DNA from: Gammaproteobacteria bacterium
GTDB taxonomy: Bacteria; Pseudomonadota; Gammaproteobacteria; Natronospirales; REEB76
DNA length: 64,000 nucleotides
NCBI GenBank assembly: GCA_035465695.1
Contig: DATIVR010000017.1
Span: 71-64,070 of the forward strand
Direction: 5' to 3'
A model generated the notes under the pieces. The model ran no database searches and had not been told where the DNA came from. It saw only the letters and a program-made list of their open reading frames with translations. Made by a program: the position numbers and the translations under genes. Below, in pieces: positions 1-7,854 of this stretch (the first letter of the stretch is position 1; the number at the start of each line of letters is the position of its first letter).

Positions 1-564
1 ATCGAAGTATCTCCGGAACGAGCGCTTGTAGAGCGCACGGAATTGGGCCGGGCTCACCGCCATGCGGCCGCCGAGGTAGAGCATGATCAATCCATGGGAG
101 AGGGCGCCCATCTCGAAGGTGATCTCCCAGGGGTCGTCCTGCCTGAAGGCGCCCTGTCGCATGCCCTCGGCGATGACGTCAGCCATGAGGGTGGCGGTGG
201 GGGACTTGCGGGCCCTGAAGTCCCCGGGGTACTGGCGCGCGCCCTCGCGCTTGGTGAGGAACATGAGCTCGAAGAGCTTTGGATTGACCATGGCGTGGTC
301 GAGATAGAGGTCTGCCATCTTGGCCAGCCGTGTTTCCAGGTCCCCGCTGAAGCGCTTGGCCGTGAGGCTCTCCGCCAGCTCCTGGAAGCCGGTGTCGGCG
401 AGCGCATTCAGCAGCGCCTCCCGGTCCGGATAGTGCCGGTAGATGGCCATGGGCGTGATGCCCACCGCCTTGGCCACGGCACGCATGGTCACCGCCTGCG
501 CACCTTCCTTATCCAGGAGCTTGCGGGCGGCCGCCTGGATCCTCGCAGCCGTAGTAGCGACCAT
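1..564 (-). CDS. TetR/AcrR-family transcriptional regulator; C-terminal end cut by the window edge (188 codons visible, no stop)
   Basis: The reverse-strand frame from ATG (complement 562-564) reads MVATTAARIQAAARKLLDKEGAQAVTMRAVAKAVGITPMAIYRHYPDREALLNALADTGF..., a TetR-type N-terminal HTH. It is absent from the ORF track because it runs off the window. The listed + ORF 43..642 is its antisense shadow. Confidence 0.85.
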   Translation of the reverse strand, partial: MVATTAARIQAAARKLLDKEGAQAVTMRAVAKAVGITPMAIYRHYPDREALLNALADTGFQELAESLTAKRFSGDLETRLAKMADLYLDHAMVNPKLFELMFLTKREGARQYPGDFRARKSPTATLMADVIAEGMRQGAFRQDDPWEITFEMGALSHGLIMLYLGGRMAVSPAQFRALYKRSFRRYFD

Positions 565-579
565 GTATACAGTGTATAC
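565..579. promoter_or_regulatory. Candidate TetR operator: perfect palindrome GTATAC-AGT-GTATAC
   Basis: The 15-mer is a perfect inverted repeat starting 1 nt upstream of the TetR ATG. TetR regulators commonly autoregulate through such palindromes. Function is inferred. Confidence 0.4.
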
Positions 580-635
580 CTATCACGGCGGAAGGCAAGC
601 TGGGAGTACCGTCGTAGGCCGGGAGTCACTGGTCG

Positions 636-1055
636 TCAGTAGTCCGCCGTATCCCCATGCTCGTCTTCGTAGGGGAACTTCAGGTGGCCAAAGCGCACCA
701 CGAACACCGCCAGGGCCAGGATCAGGATGGCGCCCGTGATGAACAGGGCATGCACGTCATGGGCGTCACTGGTGTCGAGGATGAGATAACGGGCCATGGA
801 CACCATGGCGATATAGAGTGGGATGCGCACCGGCAGCTTGCCCAAGCGCCAGTAACTCTCCACCATGGTGATGACCTCCAGCAGGATGAAGATTAGCAAT
901 AGGTCAGCCAGTTCCACCCGCCGGTTGCTGATCATCTCCCAGGCCGCCTGGCCGATGGCCCAGGTGGTGGCCAGCAGGATCAGGACCAGCCCCAGATCCT
1001 CGATGATGGCTATGAGATGGCGGCCGTTCTCGCGGACAGTCTTGCGGTGCAGCAT
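636..1055 (-). CDS. psiE: PsiE-family inner membrane protein (phosphate-starvation-inducible protein E-like)
   Basis: A 139-aa, 4-TM protein. The core ELADLLLIFILLEVITMVESYW..PVRIPLYIAMVSMARYLILD parallels E. coli PsiE. ATG start with a GGGAGGG Shine-Dalgarno-like run upstream. Confidence 0.72.
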   Translation of the reverse strand: MLHRKTVRENGRHLIAIIEDLGLVLILLATTWAIGQAAWEMISNRRVELADLLLIFILLEVITMVESYWRLGKLPVRIPLYIAMVSMARYLILDTSDAHDVHALFITGAILILALAVFVVRFGHLKFPYEDEHGDTADY

Positions 1056-1166
1056 GGCTTGGCCCTCCCTTCCCCCTGATGTGACTTAAGCTTAGCGCAA
1101 GGTTGCATCCTGTCGCCCCCTAGGCGCCCTCATGCGTTTACGCTAGGTAACAGCCCGGAGAATCCC

Positions 1167-2078
1167 ATGCCACGCATCTTCGCCCTGTTGTGCCTCATGC
1201 TCCTGCCGGTATTGGCCCAGGCGGCTGGCGACCCACGGATCGAGATCGAATATGCGGGTCTCGACCGCAGTTACCTGCTGCATATGCCCAGTCCGCTCCC
1301 CAATGACCCGTTACCGTTGGTCGTGGTGTTGCATGGCGGTGGCGGCAGTGCCGAGAGCGCCGCCAAGATGACTGGCTTCGATGCCGAGGCGGATAAAGAA
1401 GGCTTCATCGTCGTTTACCCCAATGGTACCGGCAAGGCACGGCCATTCCTGAATGCCCTGGGCAAACCCGGATTTCTCACCTGGAACGCCGGGAGTTGTT
1501 GCGGTTACGCCTATGAGAAGCAAATCGACGATGTGGGCTTCATCCGCGCCTTGGTGGTGCAGGTCATCAAGGACAACGCCGCGGACCCGAAGCGGGTGTA
1601 TGTCACCGGTATCTCCAACGGCGGCATGATGGCCTACCGTCTGGCCTGCGAGGCCAGCGACTTGTTTGCCGCTATCGCGCCTGTATCAGCGGTGCAAGAG
1701 GTGGCGAGCTGCAAGCCCAGCCAGCCGGTGTCGGTCTTCCACATCCATGGTGCCAAGGACGAGAACGTACCGCTCGATGGCGGCGTAGGCAAGAAGGCCA
1801 TCGAGAAAGAGGACCGCAAGCCGGTGCAGGACAGCATCGATTTCTGGGTGAGACAGGACGGCTGCAGCGTGACCGTGCATTCCCAGGAACCGGACGTGCT
1901 CATGACCAACTACGGCGGTTGCCAAGCCGGCAGCGAAGTGAGCTTCTTCCTCATACAGGACGGCGGACACGCATGGCCTGGTGGTCAGCGTATCGCGCGT
2001 TTCCTGGACCCGCCGAGCCGGGCGCTGGATGCCACGTCGGAGATATGGGACTTCTTCAAGTCCCATTCCAAACCCTGA
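1167..2078 (+). CDS. Exported esterase of the LpqC / PHB-depolymerase family
   Basis: Signal peptide MPRIFALLCLMLLPVLAQA. Motifs RSYLLHMP, PLVVVLHGGGG, DDVGF and GISNGGMMAY (GxSxG nucleophile elbow). GGAG lies 6 nt before the ATG. Confidence 0.75.
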   Translation: MPRIFALLCLMLLPVLAQAAGDPRIEIEYAGLDRSYLLHMPSPLPNDPLPLVVVLHGGGGSAESAAKMTGFDAEADKEGFIVVYPNGTGKARPFLNALGKPGFLTWNAGSCCGYAYEKQIDDVGFIRALVVQVIKDNAADPKRVYVTGISNGGMMAYRLACEASDLFAAIAPVSAVQEVASCKPSQPVSVFHIHGAKDENVPLDGGVGKKAIEKEDRKPVQDSIDFWVRQDGCSVTVHSQEPDVLMTNYGGCQAGSEVSFFLIQDGGHAWPGGQRIARFLDPPSRALDATSEIWDFFKSHSKP

Positions 2079-2081
2079 CTG

Positions 2082-2879
2082 TCAGCGGACGAAGCCGTCG
2101 TAGATGAAGCCGACGAAGAGTGTCGGGCTGCCGGAACGGTCTACGATGGGGCTGTTGTGGATGGCACTGCCGAAGCGTTGATAACTGATGTCTCCCCTGA
2201 ACTGCCAATGCGCGCTCATGGACGTCGCCACGCCGAAGCTCACGTAGGGACTCGCGGCGCTAGCAGGCGAGTAGGCAGGGCGCCCGGGCCGCGCTTCCGC
2301 CGGGTTCACGCCATAGTAATAGTCGGTGAGGTTCGAATCCTGCCAGCGCAGCCCGATGCCAGGACTCAGGGTCCAGTCGCCGGTGCGGAAAGGAAAGCGG
2401 TAATCCAGGTTGGCGCCGGTACCGTTGTTGCGGTCCAGCAGATCGTGGAACAGGCCCAACTTCAAACGTCCCCAGCCACCGAAAGTCTCCAGGCTTGCGC
2501 CGCCCGCGAGCGACCACTGACGGCTCTGGATGCCGGCCAGTTGCGGAGAATCGCTGGATTTCAGGCGGTTCAGGGTTGGCTGCACCACCAGCGCCAGGCG
2601 GTAGTGACCGCCATCGGAGACCAGGTATCCGGCGCTGATGCCGGCAAAGAACAAGCGCCCATAGTGGTAGAAGATCAGCGGCAATGGGGTCACTTGCCGC
2701 GAGAAACCGACGTAGCCGGGATCGGTCACTGCCACGCCGCCGCCCAACAGCCAGCCGGAGCCGGTCTCCGTGGCCGCCGCCTTGGCGAGTTCCTCCTGCG
2801 GATCCTCACCATCCGCCAGTACGGCGTTTGGGATGGACAGGCAGGCGAACAGCAACAGCAGATACAGCAGCCGGATCAT
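2082..2879 (-). CDS. mipA: MipA/OmpV-family outer membrane protein (MltA-interacting scaffold family)
   Basis: Signal peptide, 265 aa, Gly/aromatic-rich beta-barrel pattern (DPGYVGFSRQVTPLPLIFYHYGRLFFAG..., DYRFPF, LTDYYYG). Its ATG overlaps the GNAT stop (ATGA at 2876-2879). Confidence 0.78.
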   Translation of the reverse strand: MIRLLYLLLLFACLSIPNAVLADGEDPQEELAKAAATETGSGWLLGGGVAVTDPGYVGFSRQVTPLPLIFYHYGRLFFAGISAGYLVSDGGHYRLALVVQPTLNRLKSSDSPQLAGIQSRQWSLAGGASLETFGGWGRLKLGLFHDLLDRNNGTGANLDYRFPFRTGDWTLSPGIGLRWQDSNLTDYYYGVNPAEARPGRPAYSPASAASPYVSFGVATSMSAHWQFRGDISYQRFGSAIHNSPIVDRSGSPTLFVGFIYDGFVR

Positions 2880-3424
2880 GCGTTCCCTAAGATAAGCGGG
2901 TTATCGAGTACGTACCGCACCACGTCGACCTCGGGATACCGTTCCACCAGGTCATGGGCATTCACTACCGCATCGTAACGCATGCCGATCTTCTGCATGA
3001 TGCGGATCGAGGCCAGGTTGGGGACATCGGCCACTGCCACGATGCGCTTCAGCTTCATGGTACGGAAGGCATGGTCCTTGAGGGCCGAGGCAATCTCGGT
3101 GGCATAACCCTTGTTCCAATGCTCCTTCCAGATGGACCAAGCCAGTTCATAGTCACCGGAGCGGTCCTGGGGCTGGATGCCCGCGCCGCCCACCACCAGG
3201 CCACTCTCCTTAAGGACCACTGCACCCACGCCGCAACCCAATTCCCCCAGGAAGCGGCGCTGGCGCTCGAAGTAGGCGTCGACCTTGGCATCGTCCCAGG
3301 CCTTGCCATGGTTGATGTAGAGCATCATGTCCGGGTCCTGCACGAACCTCTGCATGAATACCGGCCGGTCGCCGGGCCGCCAGGGGCGGGCGAAGAGGCG
3401 CGGGCTCTCCACTTCGAAGCGCAT
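2876..3424 (-). CDS. GNAT-family N-acetyltransferase (RimJ/RimL-like)
   Basis: 182 aa. The segment ELAWSIWKEHWNKGYATEIASALKDHAF...RIVAVADVPNLASIRIMQKIGM matches the acetyl-CoA-binding core of RimJ/RimL-type GNATs. Confidence 0.8.
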   Translation of the reverse strand: MRFEVESPRLFARPWRPGDRPVFMQRFVQDPDMMLYINHGKAWDDAKVDAYFERQRRFLGELGCGVGAVVLKESGLVVGGAGIQPQDRSGDYELAWSIWKEHWNKGYATEIASALKDHAFRTMKLKRIVAVADVPNLASIRIMQKIGMRYDAVVNAHDLVERYPEVDVVRYVLDNPLILGNA

Positions 3425-3432
3425 GTCGGAGC

Positions 3433-4470
3433 TCAGAGGATCAAGGGTTCAGGTTCGAGTGTCACGCCGAAGCGCTGCGCCACGGCGTCCCGGATGCGCA
3501 CCGCGAGTGCCCACACCTGGGTGCCGGTGGCATGCCCATAGTTCACCAGTACCAGCGAGTGCCTGTCTGAGACACCGGCGTCTCCATCGCGCACGCCCTT
3601 GAAGCCACAGGTCTCGATGAGCCATGCGGCGGAGAGCTTGATGGTGCCTTCTGCTCCGGGCCAATGGGGCAGTGCAGGGTGGGCGGCGATCAGCGCGGCT
3701 GCCCGTCCGGCTGGCAACAGCGGATTCTTGAAGAAACTGCCGGCGTTACCGATGACAAGGGGATCCGGCAACTTGCGCCGCCGCAAGTTCTCCACGGCGG
3801 TGGCTACGTTCACCGGAGTAGGATCCTTCACGCCCATGGCCTCCAGCTCCTGACGCACGCCGGCATAGTCGAGCCGGAGCCCGTGACGGCGCGGCAGCAG
3901 GAAGTCCACGGCGGTGACGATGAAGCGGCCGGGCTCGCGCCTGAACAGCGAATCCCGGTAGCCGAAGGCGCAGGCCGTATTATCGAACTGCACGAATTGG
4001 TCCTGCTGGCGATCGAACGCTTCCACCATGGCGACAAACTCGCGCACCTCGGCCCCGTAGGCGCCGATGTTCTGGATCGGCGCCGCACCCACGGTGCCGG
4101 GGATGAGTGCCAGATTCTCCAGTCCGGCGAATCCGTGCTTGAGTGACCAACGCACGAAACCATGCCAACTCTCGCCCGCGGCCACCCGCACTCTCGCGGT
4201 GGTGCCGTCCTGCAGCACCTCGATCCCGGTGGTAGCCATGTGCAGCACCAGACCCTCATAGTCCTTGGTGAACAGCAGATTGCTGCCGTCGCCTAGCACC
4301 AGCACAGGCAGGCCCTTGAGTTCACGGCGCTGCAGCAGTTCCGGCAGGGAACCGGCGGAGCGAAGTTCGCTGTAGCGGGCTGCCTTGGCGGGGACGTGGA
4401 AGGTATTGCGACCTTCCAGCGGTGCGTCGCGCAGCAGGAAACAGGTGACAGGGGCGCGTTCCGATTCCAT
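3433..4470 (-). CDS. murB: UDP-N-acetylenolpyruvoylglucosamine reductase
   Basis: 345 aa with GDGSNLLF, ENLALIPGTVGAAPIQNIGAYG, NAGSFFKNP and KLSAAWLIETCGFKG, the hallmark MurB FAD and substrate motifs. Confidence 0.93.
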   Translation of the reverse strand: MESERAPVTCFLLRDAPLEGRNTFHVPAKAARYSELRSAGSLPELLQRRELKGLPVLVLGDGSNLLFTKDYEGLVLHMATTGIEVLQDGTTARVRVAAGESWHGFVRWSLKHGFAGLENLALIPGTVGAAPIQNIGAYGAEVREFVAMVEAFDRQQDQFVQFDNTACAFGYRDSLFRREPGRFIVTAVDFLLPRRHGLRLDYAGVRQELEAMGVKDPTPVNVATAVENLRRRKLPDPLVIGNAGSFFKNPLLPAGRAAALIAAHPALPHWPGAEGTIKLSAAWLIETCGFKGVRDGDAGVSDRHSLVLVNYGHATGTQVWALAVRIRDAVAQRFGVTLEPEPLIL

Positions 4471-4571
4471 TCAGTGATCTGTCGATCCAATACCGGCGGG
4501 GCGCGAGGCCGTCGACCGCCGCAGTTGATGCCTTACTTCCTCGGTCGCCCTCATCGCGTCCCCTCTCCTCG

Positions 4572-5054
4572 TCACTGCTGGACCGCCAGGTACGGCTTCA
4601 TCGCGCTGTAGACCTCATCTGCCGAAGCCGCCACCTGGTGCACCTGCTCCTTGATCTCGGCGGTATCCAGCGTCCGCACCGTGACATCGGAGCGGACCGC
4701 GGCGTCGCCATCGTCATCGATCTCCACCTTGATCCGGTCCATCTCGTGGTTCAGCTGCAACATCTTGTACTCGAGTTCCGCGGTACGCGGTATGTCCGCA
4801 TCACGGGCGATGGTAACGAATATCACCAACAGGCCGTCGCCGACCGCAAGGATCTCGCGGAAATCCCCCAGGTTATCGCCATGCTGTTGGATGACCCACA
4901 CGGTATCGCCTTTCTTGGTGAAGGCGTAACCAGATTGCTTCAGCAGCTTGTCGACCCGCGCCGCATCGGAGGTGTCGTCGGCCCGGACCGGCAAAGCAAG
5001 ACCCAGTGAGAGCACGACGGCGACAGACGATAAACAACGTACCAAGCGGTTCAT
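4572..5054 (-). CDS. Hypothetical exported protein (possible YbjN/secretion-chaperone-like fold)
   Basis: 160 aa with signal peptide MNRLVRCLSSVAVVLSLGLALPVRA. Acidic, mixed alpha/beta pattern. The family assignment is a weak by-eye impression only. Confidence 0.5.
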   Translation of the reverse strand: MNRLVRCLSSVAVVLSLGLALPVRADDTSDAARVDKLLKQSGYAFTKKGDTVWVIQQHGDNLGDFREILAVGDGLLVIFVTIARDADIPRTAELEYKMLQLNHEMDRIKVEIDDDGDAAVRSDVTVRTLDTAEIKEQVHQVAASADEVYSAMKPYLAVQQ

Positions 5055-5148
5055 GGTGCACCCCCCAAGTTACAGCCTGTTTCCAGCATACACTCGCAGG
5101 CGACCGATAGAGCGTTCGGATCCGATAGCCGGCCGATAGTGCCGGACC

Positions 5149-7035
5149 TCAATAGAGGACACGGAACCTCAGCGTATGAGGGATGTTGCGGATTTCCTCC
5201 AGCAGCGCGTCGGAATAATCGGCATCGATGTCGGTGATGACGTAGCCCAACCGCTCTTGGGTCTTCAGATACTGCCCGGAGATGTTCGCGCCATGGGCTG
5301 CCAGCGCCTGATTGATGCGCGCCAGGATGCCTGGCACGTTCTCATGCAGATGGATGAGGCGGTGCGCGCGGGCCTGGGGAGGCAGGCGGATGGCGGGGAA
5401 GTTCACGCTGTTCTCGGTGCTGCCGGTATTGATGTAGTCGATGACGCGGTGGCTGACGAAACGTCCGATGTCCTGCTGCGCCTCGAGCGTGCTGCCGCCG
5501 ATATGCGGCGTGAGGATAGCCTCCGGTATCTCGCGCAGCGGGTGCTCGAAGCGTTCCCCGTTGCGTGCCGGCTCCTCTGGGAAGACATCGACGGCCGCGC
5601 CAGCCAGACGCCCGGACATGAGATGGCTGCGCAGGGCATCGAGGTCCACGACATGGCCGCGGGACAGGTTCAGGAACACCGCGCCCTCACGCATGCGCGC
5701 GAACTCGCGGACGCCGATGAGCCCGGCATTCTCCTTGCGGCCGTCCACGTGCACGGTCACGGCATCGCTGTTCTCCAGCAGTTCCTCCATGCTGGCGCAG
5801 CGCTGGGCGGTGCCGAGCGCGAGTTTTTCCGCCACATCGTAGAAGCACACCTGCATGCCCAGTGATTCCGCCAGCACCGACAGCTGCATCCCGATGTTGC
5901 CGTAACCGATGATGCCGAGCCGTTTGCCGCGCACCTCATGGGCACCTTCTGCGGACTTGTCCCAGCGGCCGGCATCCATCAGGCGCATCTTCGCCGGTAT
6001 GCCGCGCAGCAACATGATGAGTTCCGCCAAGGCCAGTTCCACCACGGAACGGGTGTTGCTGAAGGGCGCGTTGAACACGGCCACGCCGCGGGCATCGCAG
6101 GCCGGCAGTTCGATCTGGTTGGTGCCGATGCAGAAGGCGCCGATGACGAGCAGGCGTCGCGCTTCCGCGAGCAATCCCGCGTCGATCTGCGTCTTGGAGC
6201 GTATGCCCAGGATGGCGACGTCAGCCAGGCGTGCCGCCAGCTCCTCGCGGGACGGGCTGCCTTTCAGTGACTCGACCATATAGCCTTCGCGCTCGAAGGC
6301 CGCCACGGCCTCCTCGTGGATGTTCTCCAGCAGCAGCACCTTGAGGCGGTTCTTGGGATACGACACGGCTCCCCGGAAACCGCAGTCGTAGAGCACCTCG
6401 TCGAAATTGGGCGCCGGGTGGATGCCACGCGCCGCGAGCACTTCCGCGCGCTGCACGTTCTCGGTGAAGGCATAGAAGCGCTGGGCCGCGCCGGCGGCGA
6501 AGATCTCGTAGTCGCTCCAGCCATCGCCCACCGCCACGACCTCGCCGGGAAGCTTGAGGCTGCGCACTATCGCGACTTTGCCGCCATCACTGGCCAAGGG
6601 GTTCTGCCAGTCCACGCCATCGATGTAGCCATCGGGGCCGAAGCGCAAGGTATTGGCGAATAAGTTCTCAGGTCTGAGGCCGAGGCTCTTGATAACCGGC
6701 AGCGTCACTTCGCGGAAGCCGCTCGTCACCACGTAGATGTCGGCCGCGTGGGCAGCCAGGAAGGCACGGTTGCGCTTGAAGGAGGGTGTCACTTCCTCTC
6801 GTAGCAATGCTCCCACCTGCTGCAGCTGGTCACGATGCAGGCGCACGATCTTCAGGCGCTCGCGCAACGCGTCCTGGAACAGCATGCGGCCGCCCATGGC
6901 GGCATCGGTCAGCTCACGGATGCGGCCACGTATCTTGGGCGCATCCGGCATGAGGTCCGCCATGAGTTGCAGCGTCTCGGCACGCACCAAGGTGCTGTCG
7001 AAGTCGAGTATGAACTTGATGTTGTCGGCCGCCAT
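5149..7035 (-). CDS. serA: Fusion protein: HAD-IB phosphoserine-phosphatase-like domain + D-3-phosphoglycerate dehydrogenase with ACT domain
   Basis: The N-terminal ~210 aa carry HAD motifs (DFDSTLV, VVTSG, GDGWSD). The rest is a 2-hydroxyacid dehydrogenase (GIIGYGNIG NAD motif, HIGGST) plus a C-terminal ACT domain ending RFRVLY, like E. coli SerA. Start placed at ATG 7033-7035 (MAADNIKF...), because the 47-codon upstream extension in the track overlaps nfi. Confidence 0.85.
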   Translation of the reverse strand: MAADNIKFILDFDSTLVRAETLQLMADLMPDAPKIRGRIRELTDAAMGGRMLFQDALRERLKIVRLHRDQLQQVGALLREEVTPSFKRNRAFLAAHAADIYVVTSGFREVTLPVIKSLGLRPENLFANTLRFGPDGYIDGVDWQNPLASDGGKVAIVRSLKLPGEVVAVGDGWSDYEIFAAGAAQRFYAFTENVQRAEVLAARGIHPAPNFDEVLYDCGFRGAVSYPKNRLKVLLLENIHEEAVAAFEREGYMVESLKGSPSREELAARLADVAILGIRSKTQIDAGLLAEARRLLVIGAFCIGTNQIELPACDARGVAVFNAPFSNTRSVVELALAELIMLLRGIPAKMRLMDAGRWDKSAEGAHEVRGKRLGIIGYGNIGMQLSVLAESLGMQVCFYDVAEKLALGTAQRCASMEELLENSDAVTVHVDGRKENAGLIGVREFARMREGAVFLNLSRGHVVDLDALRSHLMSGRLAGAAVDVFPEEPARNGERFEHPLREIPEAILTPHIGGSTLEAQQDIGRFVSHRVIDYINTGSTENSVNFPAIRLPPQARAHRLIHLHENVPGILARINQALAAHGANISGQYLKTQERLGYVITDIDADYSDALLEEIRNIPHTLRFRVLY

Positions 7036-7067
7036 CGGCTTTCTTCTGAGGGACCCCTGCGAGCATC

Positions 7068-7763
7068 TTACCTCGCGCCAGGGGATTTGATGCGGAATTC
7101 GGGGTCGCCGGCCAGGCCGTCGGCCCAGCGGGTGGTCTCCGGCAGCCGGTAGCCACGGCAGCAACCGAGCACCCATCGCACCGCCGCATCGAGTCCGATC
7201 TTGTGGCCGGACGAGACGAACAGTGGTGCCACCCCATCCCGGGTACGCAACACGGTGCCGATCACCTCCTCCTCATCCATGAGCGGCGCGCGCGAACCCG
7301 CCTTGCGGCCGGGTTCCCGATGGGTGCCGATGAGACGGGACTTGGCTACGCCGATGCTGGGGATACCCGAGGCCAGTCCAAGATGCGAGGCGAAACCCAG
7401 CCGCCGCGGATGGGCATAACCCTGGCCGTCACAGAGAAGGAGGTCGGGACGGGTCTTGAGCCGGCCTAGAGCTTCCAACAGCGTGGGCACCTCGCGGAAC
7501 GACAGCAGGCCGGGTACGTAGGGAAAATCGGTGGGCCGCTCCACCACGGACTTCTCCACCAGTTCCAATTCCGGCCACGCCAGCACCGCCACAGCGCCGC
7601 GGGTGATCAGGCCGTCAGCGGGGAAGGCGCAGTCCACCCCAGCGATGTAGCGCACGCGCTTAGGATCGCCACGACGGATCAGCCTGTGGCGCAACCGTTC
7701 CTGCTCGATGCGGGCAGCGGCGGGAGTGATGTAGTAGGGATAGCGGGCAGGCACAGGCTGCAA
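7068..7763 (-). CDS. nfi: Endonuclease V (deoxyinosine 3' endonuclease)
   Basis: 231 aa with IAGVDCAF, FPYVPGLLSFREVP, DGQGYAHPRRLGFASHLG and IGVAKS motifs. The track start is TTG. A GTG three codons downstream is an alternative. Confidence 0.9.
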   Translation of the reverse strand: MQPVPARYPYYITPAAARIEQERLRHRLIRRGDPKRVRYIAGVDCAFPADGLITRGAVAVLAWPELELVEKSVVERPTDFPYVPGLLSFREVPTLLEALGRLKTRPDLLLCDGQGYAHPRRLGFASHLGLASGIPSIGVAKSRLIGTHREPGRKAGSRAPLMDEEEVIGTVLRTRDGVAPLFVSSGHKIGLDAAVRWVLGCCRGYRLPETTRWADGLAGDPEFRIKSPGAR

Positions 7764-7799
7764 TCTGGACCGTCAACGCCATCCCGTCAAATCACTGGT

Positions 7800-7831
7800 A
7801 CAAAAATAACGGGCCCGCTTAGGCGGGCCCG
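7800..7831 (-). terminator. Rho-independent terminator downstream of the DUF4097 gene
   Basis: On the minus strand, CGGGCCCGC-CTAA-GCGGGCCCG (9-bp GC stem) is followed by TTATTTTTG. It lies 24 nt after the stop at 7855. Confidence 0.75.
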
Positions 7832-7854
7832 CGACCGATGCACTGGTGGGGCGA

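Noticed and set aside
43-642. 199-aa + strand ORF at the window start
   Set aside because: Its Arg/Gly/His-rich composition gives no recognisable motifs. The opposite strand encodes a clean TetR-family HTH protein over the same bases, so this is an antisense shadow typical of high-G+C DNA.
2330-2340. GGTTCGAATCC, the canonical tRNA T-loop motif
   Set aside because: It lies inside the well-supported mipA coding frame, where the reverse strand encodes QDSNLTD. The flanking bases do not form a T-stem (GTGAGG vs CCTGCC pairs at only 4 of 6 positions), and no acceptor or anticodon arms can be drawn. It is a coincidence.
7036-7176. 47-codon N-terminal extension of the SerB-like/SerA ORF in the track
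   Set aside because: The extension overlaps the 3' end of nfi and has a Pro/Arg/Gly-rich junk composition. The internal ATG at 7035 begins exactly at the HAD motif I region (MAADNIKFILDFDSTL).
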